From Felis catus (taxonomy: Eukaryota): a DNA stretch of 64,000 bases. The stretch covers positions 213,654,001 to 213,718,000 of the forward strand of contig NC_058368.1 of NCBI RefSeq assembly GCF_018350175.1, given 5' to 3'. The position numbers were made by a program, and so were the translations under genes. Each line of letters starts with the position of its first letter. Position 1 is the stretch's first letter. Below are positions 1-11,410 of the stretch, in pieces. Below the pieces are notes generated by a model that made no database searches, was not told the DNA's origin, and saw only the letters and a list, made by a program, of their open reading frames with translations.

Positions 1-934
1 CTTGTTTTTAATAATTTTTACCAGTTATTTCAAGTCCTTTATCTTTGCCCAACATTTTCATTTAATTTACAGGTTTTCCCAACTTTGGTTACTCCTTATA
101 CCATTAAGTTCAACTACTTTGACCCCTTTTTACATCCCAAGCAATTACTAAGTGTCCATATCACTGTGACAGACAACATCTTGTTTCAGTCTCCATCAGT
201 ACATCTCCTTTTCTAGTGGGTAATGATCCATGATAAAGAAAACCAATGAAATGGACTGGGTACCGACACCCCAGAAATTGCCCCAAGAAGGCCTTCATCC
301 CCCTTGCTTTCCCACTAAGGGAATTTCTCAAGAGGAGTAACTTCAGACTACAAACACTGAGTCTGCACTGTGCCACAACAGCTGGAGAAGCCTTGGTCAG
401 AAAAACCAAAGAAATCTGTATGGAAGGATAAAACTTCTCCCAAAAACCTCTGAGAAACTGCCCCTCTATCTGTACAAATCAGAACATTTGGACACTGTGC
501 AAATGTCCCCTGTAAACCCACCTAGCTTTATCCTAAAGAGATTCTAGCTTCTTCGTTTATGTGGGCGATCAAGTGCATCTGCAAGTCTTGGAAAAAAGGA
601 TAGAGAAGAATTACAGCCAGCACTCCAGGACCTGTTTGGTGATGGGAGAATTGATGTCATGATAGAAGAATTTTGGAAGGCAGGAGGGATTTGACAGATA
701 AGCAGGTGCCCCAAGTAGGCTAATGATTACAAAAAATAAAAAGTTGAAAAATTTAGAAGATAAACTTAACAAGTAAAATAAAGAAAGATGCCACTAGATT
801 AAATGTATTAAGGAGGTGGTTTGGGGAGAAATTTGAACAATTAGAGTAAATCAGATTGTTGGAAAAAACCACGATGGTATCAGACAGGTAAGTTATCTTG
901 TGATGATTAATACCATTTTACTTTGGTTAAGCAG

Positions 935-1090
935 GAGGTGGTTAATAACTGGCAAGGGGTATGAGGGAGGGCTCTGAAGTGCTAGTAAAGTGCTTTTGCT
1001 TCATTTAGGTGATGGTTAATATAAAACCTCACTAGCTGAACGACTTGTGCCTTTTTCTTTATGTATGTTATACTTGGAAAAAAAAAGTTT
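935..1090 (+). mobile_element. Old L1 (L1ME-like) 3' end fragment
   Basis: Ends in ...tttatgtatgttatactt...aaaaaagttt, typical of old L1 3' termini. Confidence 0.55.
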
Positions 1091-1093
1091 ATT

Positions 1094-2705
1094 GGAGGAA
1101 ATACTTCTGGAATGATAGAACAAAACATCCAAAAATGTACTCCATAAAAGCAACAAGAGCACTGGGAAAAAAATGATCAACAGCAACTTTTTCAGAACTC
1201 TGGAAATTAACCTGAAGGAGCCTAAGAAGCACTTACTCAAGACAAGTGAGTGAATCTCAGTAAGCGCAGTGAGCTTTGTCTATTTTAACTTACACTATCA
1301 CCATCCCTTTCTTCCCAGCTCCACACAGCCTTGACAATCAAGAGCTTACCCCAACTGCGGTAGCTGTGGAAACAAGCAGTTTAGCTGAACAGGGTTAGGA
1401 AACGTTTCAAGGCCTGTAAAAGCCCTATCCCCAGAGGACTGTCAGTATTTGATCTGATGACTCTATGAAAATCTCCATTTTTCAGCACAGCCTTATTCCT
1501 AGGTCGTTTGTTGAAAACAATCAGTGGCAATTGTCTAACATCTGTAGCTGCCTGAGAAAATATTTGCAAGTCATATGCTTGTGTTGAGAATACATAAAGA
1601 ACACTTCTAACCACTCAATAACAACAAATAAAGCCAACTGATTTTTTTAATTTTCTTTTAATGTTTTATTTATTTTTGAGACAGAGAGAGGCAGAGCACG
1701 AAGGGGGGAGGGGCAGAGAGAGAGCAAGACACAGAATCTGAAGCAGGTTCCAGCCCCTGAGCTGTCAGCACAGAGCCCGATGTGGGGCTCGAACTCACGA
1801 ATCGTGAGACCGTGACCTGAGCTGAAGTCGGACGCTCAACCAACTGAGCCACCCAGGCGCCCCTAAAGCCAACTGATTTTTAAATGGACAACAATTTTTA
1901 AATGGACAAAGGATTTAAAGAGACATTTTCCCAAAAACACAGTGGCCAAAAGCACACAGAAAGGTGCTCAACATCATTGGTCACCAGGAAATGCAAATCG
2001 AAACCACAATGAAAGGCCACTTGACACCCACTAGGATGGCTGTAATAGACGGATAATAACAAGTGTTGGTGAGAATGTAGAGAAATGAGAACCTCCACTG
2101 ACCACCGGTGGGAAAGTAAAACGATACGGTCCTTTTGGAAAATTTAGCAGTTCCTGAAACAGTTACACATAGAGTTTCCATGTGACCATCAATTCTGTTC
2201 TTAAGCATACATCCAAGAGAACTGAAAATATATGTCCACACAAAACTTTTACACCAATGTTTGCAGCAGCATTATTTGCAACAGTGAAAAAGTGGAAGTG
2301 ATCCAAATGCCCATCAACTTCTGCATAGTTAAACAAACGTGCCGCAGCCATACTATGGAATACTATCTGGCAATATAAAGGAGTGAAGTTCTGAAACATG
2401 CTACAACATAGAAGAACACTGAAAGCATTATGTTAAGTGAAAGAAGCCAGTCACAAAAGACCACATACCAAAACACCCAGCATGGGCAAATCTACAGAGT
2501 TAGAGAGTAGATTAGTGATGGCCAGATGCTAGGAGATGGGGGGAAATAGGGAATGGCTGACTGATAATGGAAATGGGACTCTTTTGGAATGAAATGTTCT
2601 AAAAGTAGATATTGATGATACCCTGTGAATATATAAAACCACTTACTTGTACACTTCAAAAGAGTGAATTTTATAGTATATGAATTATATCTCAATAAAG
2701 CTGTT
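1094..2705 (+). mobile_element. L1MB-like LINE: 5'UTR piece (1094-1556) joined to ORF2 end and 3'UTR (1554-2705), interrupted by a SINE
   Basis: gagaaaatatttgcaa...agacattttcccaaa...tgttggtgagaatgtagagaaa...tatatctcaataaagctgtt; the 5' part resembles an L1M4-type 5' end (caactttttcagaactctggaaattaacc). Confidence 0.8.
1647..1863 (-). mobile_element. CAN-SINE (SINEC_Fc family)
   Basis: tRNA-like head, CT tract, A tail; TSD taaagccaactgatttt. Confidence 0.95.
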
Positions 2706-2954
2706 CAAAAACAGTAAGGTTTACTTTAAAAATTCCTTCATATTATTATTAATCATATTACCCTACCCAAAGGGTAAGGCAGTTTTTCAAAGCATGGATG
2801 CATGCCTCATATAATCAGGGACACTGTAGGTCTCGTACATCAGTATTTCCCTAATAGGTAGAACCAGGGCTAATACATAGTATATGGCCAACAGATAGCT
2901 TTATATGAATAAAAAAGTAGAGAGATTAAGAAACTGTGTAGAACCAGATTTCCT

Positions 2955-3160
2955 GGGGCACCTGGGTGGCTTAGTCAGTTAAGCGTCCAACTTCAGCTCA
3001 GATTATGATCTCGTGGTTTGTGAGTTCGAGCCCTGTGTCCGGCTTTGTACTGACAGCTTGGAGCCTGGAGCCTGCTTTGGATTCTCTCTCTCTACCCTCC
3101 CCCCATTCACTCTCTGTTTTTCTCTCTCAAAAACAAACAAACATTTAAAAAATTTTAAAA
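2955..3160 (+). mobile_element. CAN-SINE
   Basis: ggggcacctgggtggc head; TSD accagatttcct. Confidence 0.95.
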
Positions 3161-3379
3161 AGTACCAGATTTCCTGATTTCTGATTCTTTTCATCTACAG
3201 TAGAGAGAGGTGGGATGTAGTGATGAACAAGGATCTTGAGGTGTCCTGGTCAGAATGCTGCTTATATAATTGTTACTATATACTCTTCATGGGGGAGTGG
3301 ATATGTGGTCTATTGGGGATGGAGCTCCTCTCTCTTGGAAGAGACAGCTATTTGGGGGATGAGTAGTAACTGAAGGAGC

Positions 3380-3590
3380 ACCATAGCAGAAAGAACTCAG
3401 GCAGGGAAACCCTGGCTCGATTCCAGGCTCTGTTCCTTAGCAGGTGTGTTTACCCAATCTTTCTCAGCCTAAATTTCCTCATCTATAAATGGAGATAATA
3501 ATACTTACCTCTTGCCTCACAGAGTTGTAAGAATTAAATGAGAGGAGTGTATGCATATGGCTCATATGGATAATATTTGATAAATATTTT
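3380..3590 (+). mobile_element. MIR SINE remnant
   Basis: Core ttcctcatctataaatggagataataatacttacctc...gttgtaagaattaaatgag. Confidence 0.8.
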
Positions 3591-5089
3591 TATTGACATT
3601 GATAACATCTAATGAACAAATATGTTTTTCAAGTATGTTGTAAAAAAAAAAAAAGGCAAGAGAGAAAGAAAAGAAATGGAGATGGGCCAATAGCTGTTTT
3701 CACACCTCTCAGGAGGCTCTGAAAAGGTCTGGAACCTCACTCCTACCTTCCCAACATGGCAGCATTGAGCAAGGTAGAACAATGCAATAACCCTTCCCCT
3801 TCCACAGCTCCTACTTGCTACCAGCCATCAGCCTGGCTTAAAACCAACATAATTATCTAGGGGGTATGGTGTTAAAAGGTAAGAGACAAGACATACCTAT
3901 CCCTGGACACAGGTAATTTATACCCATGTCAACCAAATATTTTCCCCCTGTTTTATAATGCTGCCATGGTTAATTCTTTCTTTTTCTAATTAAAAAGGAG
4001 TACCTGCCCATAAAAATGCAAACTATGTCCAAGTACATAGAGAAGGGCTGACTGAACCTGAACTGGTTCCCATCAGAAGCTGTAACTTCATTAAAAGAAA
4101 GAGATGCTTTCATTGTGCTTGACACCTGTTAATAACATACCTGCAGAAACAAGTTACAATGCTAGAGGATAATCTACAATTGCAAGAAAGAATTGTGACT
4201 GTTTAAGATACAATTTATATAAAGCAACCAGCACAGTGGCTAGCAAGTTGTAGGTACTAGGTAAATGGCAACTATTATTTGAAACACCATTTTCTTAACT
4301 GCTGGCTCTGCACAGGATGCACTACAATAGAATAAACTTAATTGAATAGTGCCCTCCAGAGGCCACTGGGAATTCAACTGCACAGACGATTGAAAGTCTG
4401 GAAAAAGACCAAAGAGAAACACAATTTAATTTTCTTTTAATTTACACAGAGTCAGCACTCAAGCATGGTTTCTTAAGACTTATTAGAACCTGACTGATCT
4501 GTCGCCCACCTCAGCCTTTGGGCCAGGGAATATTTGCTTGCAAGGGATACAAACAACGACACAGAAATCTGGAAACAAGTCCAGTGAGGCACCGTGGGAA
4601 CGGGTGCTGGGAACTGCGAGCCCCCAAGCCCCCGGAAACTCCTGTCCATTCCTCTCTCTCTGGGGACATTATCTCTCAGCCCTGTCCCTTTATGTATGTC
4701 CACTCTGTGTTCCTCTAAAGGGACAGCTTCCTCCTTCCTTCAGGCATGTGGCTTGGGCTCTCTCAGGACATGATTCCTGACCTGACTCTGCTTGGCCTTT
4801 CAGCTCATCTCAAACAGCTGAGCAGCTTGGTCTCTCACTGGCTTGATTCCAAATTCCCAGGAGACAAAACTGATTCCCAGTCAAGTTTAGTGGCTGGACT
4901 CAGTTTGTCCATCCCTGCTGGATAGCCAGTGGGTGGAGGTAGGGCTGTGTGTGTGTGTATGTAGGGGGAGGGAAGTAGGGCTAGAGTAACATGGTCTAGC
5001 ACATCCAGAACATATCCAAACAAATCTAGCACATCCAGAACATACGGAACTGTGGAAAACACTTCAAAGAGTAGGTTTTTCTAATAGCA

Positions 5090-5330
5090 GTGAGCTTTTT
5101 TATAGAGTTTGCCATGCACCGCAGCCACCACTAAGAGCTTTATAAGCACCATCTCATTTAATCCTCACAACCTTCCTATACAATTTGGTCCCGTTATCAT
5201 CCCCCACCTTCAAAAGTAGCTGCTGATTACAGTGGTTGTGTGTTGCCCAGTAATTTGTCCCATGCATTTTATTCCCATTTGAAAGATGAGGGAACTGAGG
5301 CTTGGAGAAGTTGCACCAAAATGGAAGCCA
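5090..5330 (-). mobile_element. MIR remnant(s)
   Basis: atctcatttaatcctcacaacc...gatgagggaactgaggcttggagaagtt. Confidence 0.7.
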
Positions 5331-5566
5331 AGGCAATGTGATCCTAAAGCCGGGCATGAACCACCAACCACACCCCGCCTCCCAGGGCAGCCCGGGGGTG
5401 GGGTTGGGGGGATGGGGGAGGCAAGGTAGGTAACACAGCTGATGCGGAAGAAGCACCAGAGTTGGTCTCAGTCTTAGGGAGTTTATAATCTGACCGGGGT
5501 AGATGAGATTTACATGTGATTAGTAAATGACAGGAAAGTGATTAAGTACTGAATGTGTGTTGCCAC

Positions 5567-6176
5567 TGTATTAGTTTTCTCTTGCTGTGTAACAAATGAC
5601 CACAAATGTAGAGGCCTTGGAGCAACACCCATTTGTTGGTTTCCAGTTCTGCAGTGCAGATGGACAGCAGAGCGCGGAGGGGCTCTCTGCGCAGTGTTTC
5701 ACGAGACTGACATCAAGCATTGGCTGGGCTGACAACAAGCTCATCCGAGGCTCGGGGACCTCTTCCAGGCAAGCTCACTGGCTGTTGCCAGAGTTCAGTT
5801 TGCTGCAGTTGCAGGACTGAGGTCTACTGTCCTGCTAATGTCCACCAGAGACTGGTTTCAGCTCTGTAGAAGTTGCACCTTTCTGCTGTCTGTTCACAAC
5901 ATGGATATTTGCTTTTCTCCAGGTCAGCTGGAACATGTCTCCCTGACTGTCCTTTCTGCCATCATCCAGAGAAAACTTTCTACCTTTTAAAGGGCTTGTG
6001 TGATTAGGTCAGGTTTACTTGGATAATCTCCCTTTCTTAAAGTCAATTGTGTCTTATGACATAACATGATCATGGAAAGTAAAAGTCATCAAACACAGTC
6101 CTGGGGGTTATGAGGTCGTGTACAAGGTAGGAGTGTGTGGAACCCTGAGCGCCATCTTAGAATCCTGCCTACTGCA
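5567..6176 (-). mobile_element. MaLR solo LTR (MLT1E/F-like)
   Basis: Termini tgtattagttttctcttgctg...gccatcttagaatcctgcctactgca. Confidence 0.85.
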
Positions 6177-6198
6177 CCCATGCGAGTGGATTCCGTGA

Positions 6199-6380
6199 GG
6201 GGCGCCTAGGTGGCTTAGTCGGTTGAGTGTCCAACTTCGGCTCAGGTCATGATCTCGCGGTTCATGAGTTCGAGCCCCACGTCAGGCTCTGTGCTGACAG
6301 CTCAGAGCCTGGAACTTGCTTGGGGTTCTGCGTCTCCCTCTTTCTCTGCCCCTCCCCTGCTCATGCTGTCTCTGTCTCTT
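6199..6380 (+). mobile_element. CAN-SINE with tail decayed to (AAC)n
   Basis: SINEC head and body, CT tract. Confidence 0.93.
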
Positions 6381-6404
6381 TAACAACAACAACAACAAAG
6401 TGGA

Positions 6405-6441
6405 GTGTGTGTGTGTGTGTGTGTGTGTGTGTAGGTCAGAG

Positions 6442-6486
<45 letters not shown>
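6405..6486. repeat. Interrupted (TG)n microsatellite
   Basis: Two TG runs, each followed by ggtcagagct. Confidence 0.95.
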
Positions 6487-6489
<3 letters not shown>

Positions 6490-6895
6490 CAGAGCTATTC
6501 CCAGAAGTGTGGAGAGGGAAAGATTTCATGGAGGGGAATGTGCAGTGAGCACTGAAGGACAGATGGACCACCCTGGAAAAGATAGCGTTTCCCCTTAGAA
6601 ACTCAGCACCATGACTCAAGATAATTTGGGAAAATTAATGGGTAAGAATTTCAAATATCAGAAGAAATTTTAGCACCGAGATGGAGGAGGTGGCTAGCAC
6701 TATTAGATGTTATAACATGATCAAAATACTGTGTCATTAGCATAAAAATAGACATATAGATCAGAACAAAAAACAGAACACCCTGAAATAGAGATGTGTG
6801 TATACATATGTGTGTATGTGGGTATGTGTATGTGTATATCCCAATAAATCAAGCTTCACAAGTTAACTGAGCAAAATTATTAATAAATGGTGCTT

Positions 6896-7086
6896 GGGGA
6901 CACTTGGGTGGCTCAGTTGGTTGAGCAACTGACTCTTGGTTTTGGCTCAGGTCATGACCTTACAGTTTGTGAGTTTGAGGCCCGTGTCAGGCTCTGTGCT
7001 GTGGTGCAGTTGCTTTGGATTCTCTCTCTCTCCCTCTCTCTTTGCCCCTCCCTTTCTCTCAAAAATAAACAAACTTAAAAAAAAAC
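6896..7086 (+). mobile_element. CAN-SINE
   Basis: Head ggggacacttgggtggctcag, CT tract, A tail. Confidence 0.92.
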
Positions 7087-7357
7087 AAATGTTTGGATAA
7101 TTACACAATTTAGAAAAGACTAGATTAAAAGTTTTACTATACATCAAAATAAATGCCACCTAAATTAAAATTTAAATTATAAAGATAAATTTGGAATATG
7201 ATCATGAAGCTTTGTAAAAGAAAGCTTCTGGCCTTTGGGAAAATGGCAATGGCCTAAGATGTGAAAAGATGTGAAAAGAAAAAAACTCAGCTTCATCCAT
7301 AGAAACAGTTGAACTTCTACACAGTCATAGAAATAATCTATTACAAGACTCAGGGGA

Positions 7358-7578
7358 ATTTAAAAAAAAATTTTATTTTTGAGAGAGAGAAAGCATGAGT
7401 GGGGGTGGAAGCGAGGGGAAAAGAGGGAGAGACACAGAAAGAGAGAGAATCCCAAGCAAGTTCCACACCATCAGTACAAAGCCCGACGTGGGGCTCGTAC
7501 TCGTGAAGAACCGTGAGATCATGACCTGAACAGAAACCAACAGTTGGATGCTTAACTGACTGAGCCACTCAGGCACCC
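7358..7578 (-). mobile_element. CAN-SINE
   Basis: Reverse SINEC; TSD aagactcag. Confidence 0.92.
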
Positions 7579-7854
7579 AAAGACTCAGAGAAATTTTAAC
7601 CACATAGGGGAAAGGATTAAGATCTATAATATCTAAATACTTACTCCAGTGCTGAGGATTAGGACCCAACAGGTAGTGGACAAAAGACATGAATAGAGGA
7701 TTTAGCCAGCAGGTAAAAATAAAATAGAAACAAACAAACAAAACTAGGGGAAAATGGTTAAACTTCCTGATCAAATAAATGGAAATTAACACCATAAAAG
7801 TGAGACATATTTCTATTAATTAAACATAATTAAGTGCCTTAATTAAGGCACCCA

Positions 7855-8053
7855 GGGGCTCCTGAGTGGTCAGTTGGTTGAGTGTCTGACTCTTGATTTT
7901 GCTTAGATCATGATCTTGCAGTTTGTGAGTTTGAGCCCCATGTCGAGCTCTGCGCAGACAGTGTGGAGCCTGCCTGGGATTCTCTCTCACTCTCTCTGCC
8001 CCTCCCCTGCTCTCTCTCTCTCTCAAAATAAATAAATAAACTTAAAAAAAAAA
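7855..8053 (+). mobile_element. CAN-SINE
   Basis: SINEC body, aataaataaataaacttaaaa tail. Confidence 0.92.
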
Positions 8054-8913
8054 GTGAAATGGATAACTTACATGTGCTTACAGAATTCTTAGAAAGAGAC
8101 CCCCAAGCTGATAACAGACTGAGGCCCTGGGGTGCAACTAACTGGTGGTATTAACTGGAGAATGGGGTCTGAACTGGGAACCCTTATCACCCAGTATCTT
8201 TATGTTCTATTTGGATGCTTCCCCATGTGCACACATTCCTCTAAAATGGAAATAATTGTTAAGAAAGGTGGTCTAAAACAGTATACTGCAGACAAACACG
8301 GGTGAGATGCAAACAGACAAATCTGTTGAGTTAGTCTGGTGGCACTATATCTGCATGGTCACAGATTAGATGTTAACAGAAAAATCAAATTAACTGAGAA
8401 TTAACGTGGTAGGATTGTAAGTCATTCTTTCAAAATGCTATTTGAATGTTTTAATGTTGCCACCGAAATAAATAAAGATTAGTATGGGAGAGGGACTGGG
8501 CGCCTGAGGAATTAAGTAATAGCCTTATAAATATGTTGCTCTGAAATGAATAAATAGAAGAGGAATGGGCCGAAGAGAGCTCACCAAATGGTCCAGGGAG
8601 GTGCAGGCAGTGAGAGCAGAAGGAACCAGGGGAGAGGAGCTAGGGTGTCTGTGCTCGGTGAGGTGGCTGGTCAGGACACACCCTGGCATGACTCCGGGTT
8701 CAGACCTGGGAAGCCAGTGAAGAGGAACTAGGAGAGCTTAGGAAAGGGATCCAGCCTACAGAGCCTGGGGATACCAGCAGTCTGGAGAGCCAAGTGAGGG
8801 GGAACAGTGGACATGGGGCTGATGAAAAACATCCAGAGCCGACAAATCTCCAGGGAGACATTTCCTTAGCAGGACAGGGATAAATTCTCTATCTGTAAGA
8901 TGACTGCTCTAGA

Positions 8914-11410
8914 AATGTTGACTTCTCACACCTTTCAGTAAAAAAAAAAAAAAAAAAATGAGCATGCACCCCCAAGAGATGTGTTTATTTAGTGCACACA
9001 TGTACTATTGTACCAGTACATTATATCCATTGTAAAAACATATATTAAAAAGTATTTTAAGAGCTACATTTAATGTGAAGTACTAAATTTTTTTTTCACC
9101 TTTAGTAAAAGAAATGTGAATATTATTTTTAGGAAAAGCCATATAGTTAAATATACTTCAAGGTTTTTGAACGCTTGACGCTCTGGGATGTGGTCGTTGA
9201 AGTTCAGAATGAATGGATGTTGGTTTTAAGGGATGCCATAGCTGGAGATATTGCACAAGGATGGGGAGATCCCAATGGTGAAGTGCAAAAGTGCACAGCA
9301 TCTAATCAATTATAACATCCATTTTCCAACCTCATCTACCACTTGTATTCAGTTTTGGTAGAAACTTTGTGTTAATTTTCAACTTGGTTGAGCTTTCTTG
9401 CAAAGTCATTTTAAAATAGTTTTTAAACACCTAAGTTCTCTAAAACTAGATAGATTTAAAAAATAGAAAATTTGCTCTCAAGATTTCAAAGATGCATATG
9501 AAATATTTTGTTGACAAACAGAATTTTTTGTAAAAAAAAAAGTCTTATACATATGGAAATATTTCTGAAAGTCCATTTTGAAAATGCTCTTTCCGAAACA
9601 TGAGTTTCTTTCAAATAGCAGTTACTCTCTTACTGTTGCAATATCATCTTTACATTGGAGAAACGGGTTATGAGTGTTTGGTTTGCAAAAATAGCCTCCA
9701 GAAAGCAGATCACTGAAAACCACTTGTTTTCATAGATAAGGTGGACCAATTTCAAACACTTGTCTTTTTTGTAGAAAACACACAGTCATCTTTAAGTGCG
9801 ATTACTCCAAATGCTGTGCCTCAAGATAAACATTCAGACCTCTCTTTGCAAACGTTTTCATGATTATTCCCCATCTTATTACAGAGAAGAGTACAAATTC
9901 AACTGATTTTAAAGGTCTTATTTTTATAAAATTAATCATACTGATGCTATGCCCTGGCATTTCTGGCACATCTGTCTTTGGTCTTCCCTTCTAACTTCTT
10001 TGCTGCATTAACTCTCTCAGGACCAATAACTGAATCAATTTCATGTTCTGGCCTGTTTTGTAACCTTACTCTGAATTCTTTTTTATTCTAGTCAAAGCAG
10101 CTGTTACCTTACATAATTTTCCCATAAAGCATTATTTTAACTAACAAAGTCATTGACTTTTGAAAATATATCTTTTTTAGTACCTCTTTCCTTGAGTGAC
10201 TCACAAATAAGTAGGTGTTCCATTTCATTACTGAAACAGAATCGAGCAAATACCCTTATTTGGAACATGTGAGAAACAGCAGTACTTTCCTCCAACTGAG
10301 CAAATCCCCCACGCTGCACACTGTTTCTTTAAAATTTTAGCAATGTTTCTGTGCATCTTCCAACAGAATTTGCTGACAAAACCAGGCATTTTGCATTGTA
10401 GCTATATTGTTTTCCATGGGTTATTTTAGCTATTTTTACCAAATGAGGAAGAATGAGTGTTTTCCTAATGATATGACTTTTTGCCTTAAGCAATAAAGTT
10501 AAGAAAAAATTCCAAATAGGTTTTTAAATATTCAGTTTAGTAAAATTCCAGACAAGATTTAGTATTGCATCATTTTAAATATTGTTAAAACATTTAAAAC
10601 TATTTTTATTCATGCTGGGGATCTTTAGTTTTTAAATATCTTCCTAATTGTGATGGCTTCATACCATCATTAAGTATTATCTCAAGGCACAATCTATGCT
10701 TACGCTGAGGATTCTCTTTAATGATAGGGACTAGAAATTTGTAGTTCATGTAGTCTCTTGCAGCTTCAAATATTATTTTTTTGTCTGACCTTTTGTCAAT
10801 CTGAATAGATTGTCATGGTTTGACCACAAATGGTGGTCTTATTATAAATTGTACCAGAGAGATACATATATATACTTGGGTCCTGAAAATATACCTGAGC
10901 ATACACCAGTAGTAAGAGAAGGGCCAACCCAGCCATTTTCTTCTGGTTGGCTTATACTTACATTAATTATATTATTTTTAATACTCTTTTTTCCCCCCTG
11001 GAGGATTTTAGTTTATTTGCCATTTGGTAAAGTTTAATTTAATTAAAATGAAATAATTTAATCCATAAACCTATTTCACTGAGTGAGCTTACATAAACTT
11101 CAGTTCCTTGAAATAAGTCAAAAGTGAATTAATCAGTGACGGGGCGGGGGGGGGGGAAGGGGGGGTCTTTGTGAATCATCCTTTCTTCTCTCAGGACAAA
11201 TCACATACCTACCACACAGGACACAGGACCTTCTGATATACAAATTGAGTGAGGATGCCAGTGTCAACCATACTAAAATATTAGTTAAGCTCCGTTTCTT
11301 ATTTTTTTAAGTTAAAAAGTATATCTTAGGATGCTAATAATTTTTTCACTTATTTCATGGATCTTCCTGGGCATCCCACTGGACAATGGATATCTAAAGC
11401 ATGAACCATT
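8914..11410 (-). mobile_element. hAT/Charlie DNA transposon fossil (Charlie7-like) with decayed transposase
   Basis: Minus-strand remnant 10137-10319 FAQLEESTAVS..VFARFCF..HLLICESL...KDIFSKVNDF resembles the Buster/ZBED5-type FALQLDESTD...LLFC..L...GEDIF block; TCTAGA at both flanks (8908-8913, 11411-11416). Confidence 0.85.

Larger units (their letters stand above)
6660..7850 (+). mobile_element. Highly decayed L1 (L1ME-like) ORF2 3' fragments between SINEs
   Basis: gcataaaaatagacatatagatcag; ggacaaaagacatgaatag. Confidence 0.55.

Noticed and set aside
6227..6619. ORFs with CVCVCV / THTHTH / ERERER runs (here and at 22.3, 38.7, 39.5, 43.1, 48.3 kb)
   Set aside because: Translations of microsatellites and SINE bodies.
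10137..10319. Transposase fragment as a functional domesticated gene
   Set aside because: Only 60 codons open, LDESTD degraded to LEESTA, surrounding frames disrupted.
11141..11165. Poly-G/poly-C runs as functional G-quadruplexes (also ~15567, 34073, 45840, 51382, 56262)
   Set aside because: Homopolymer expansions, several within old repeats; nothing in the sequence indicates function.
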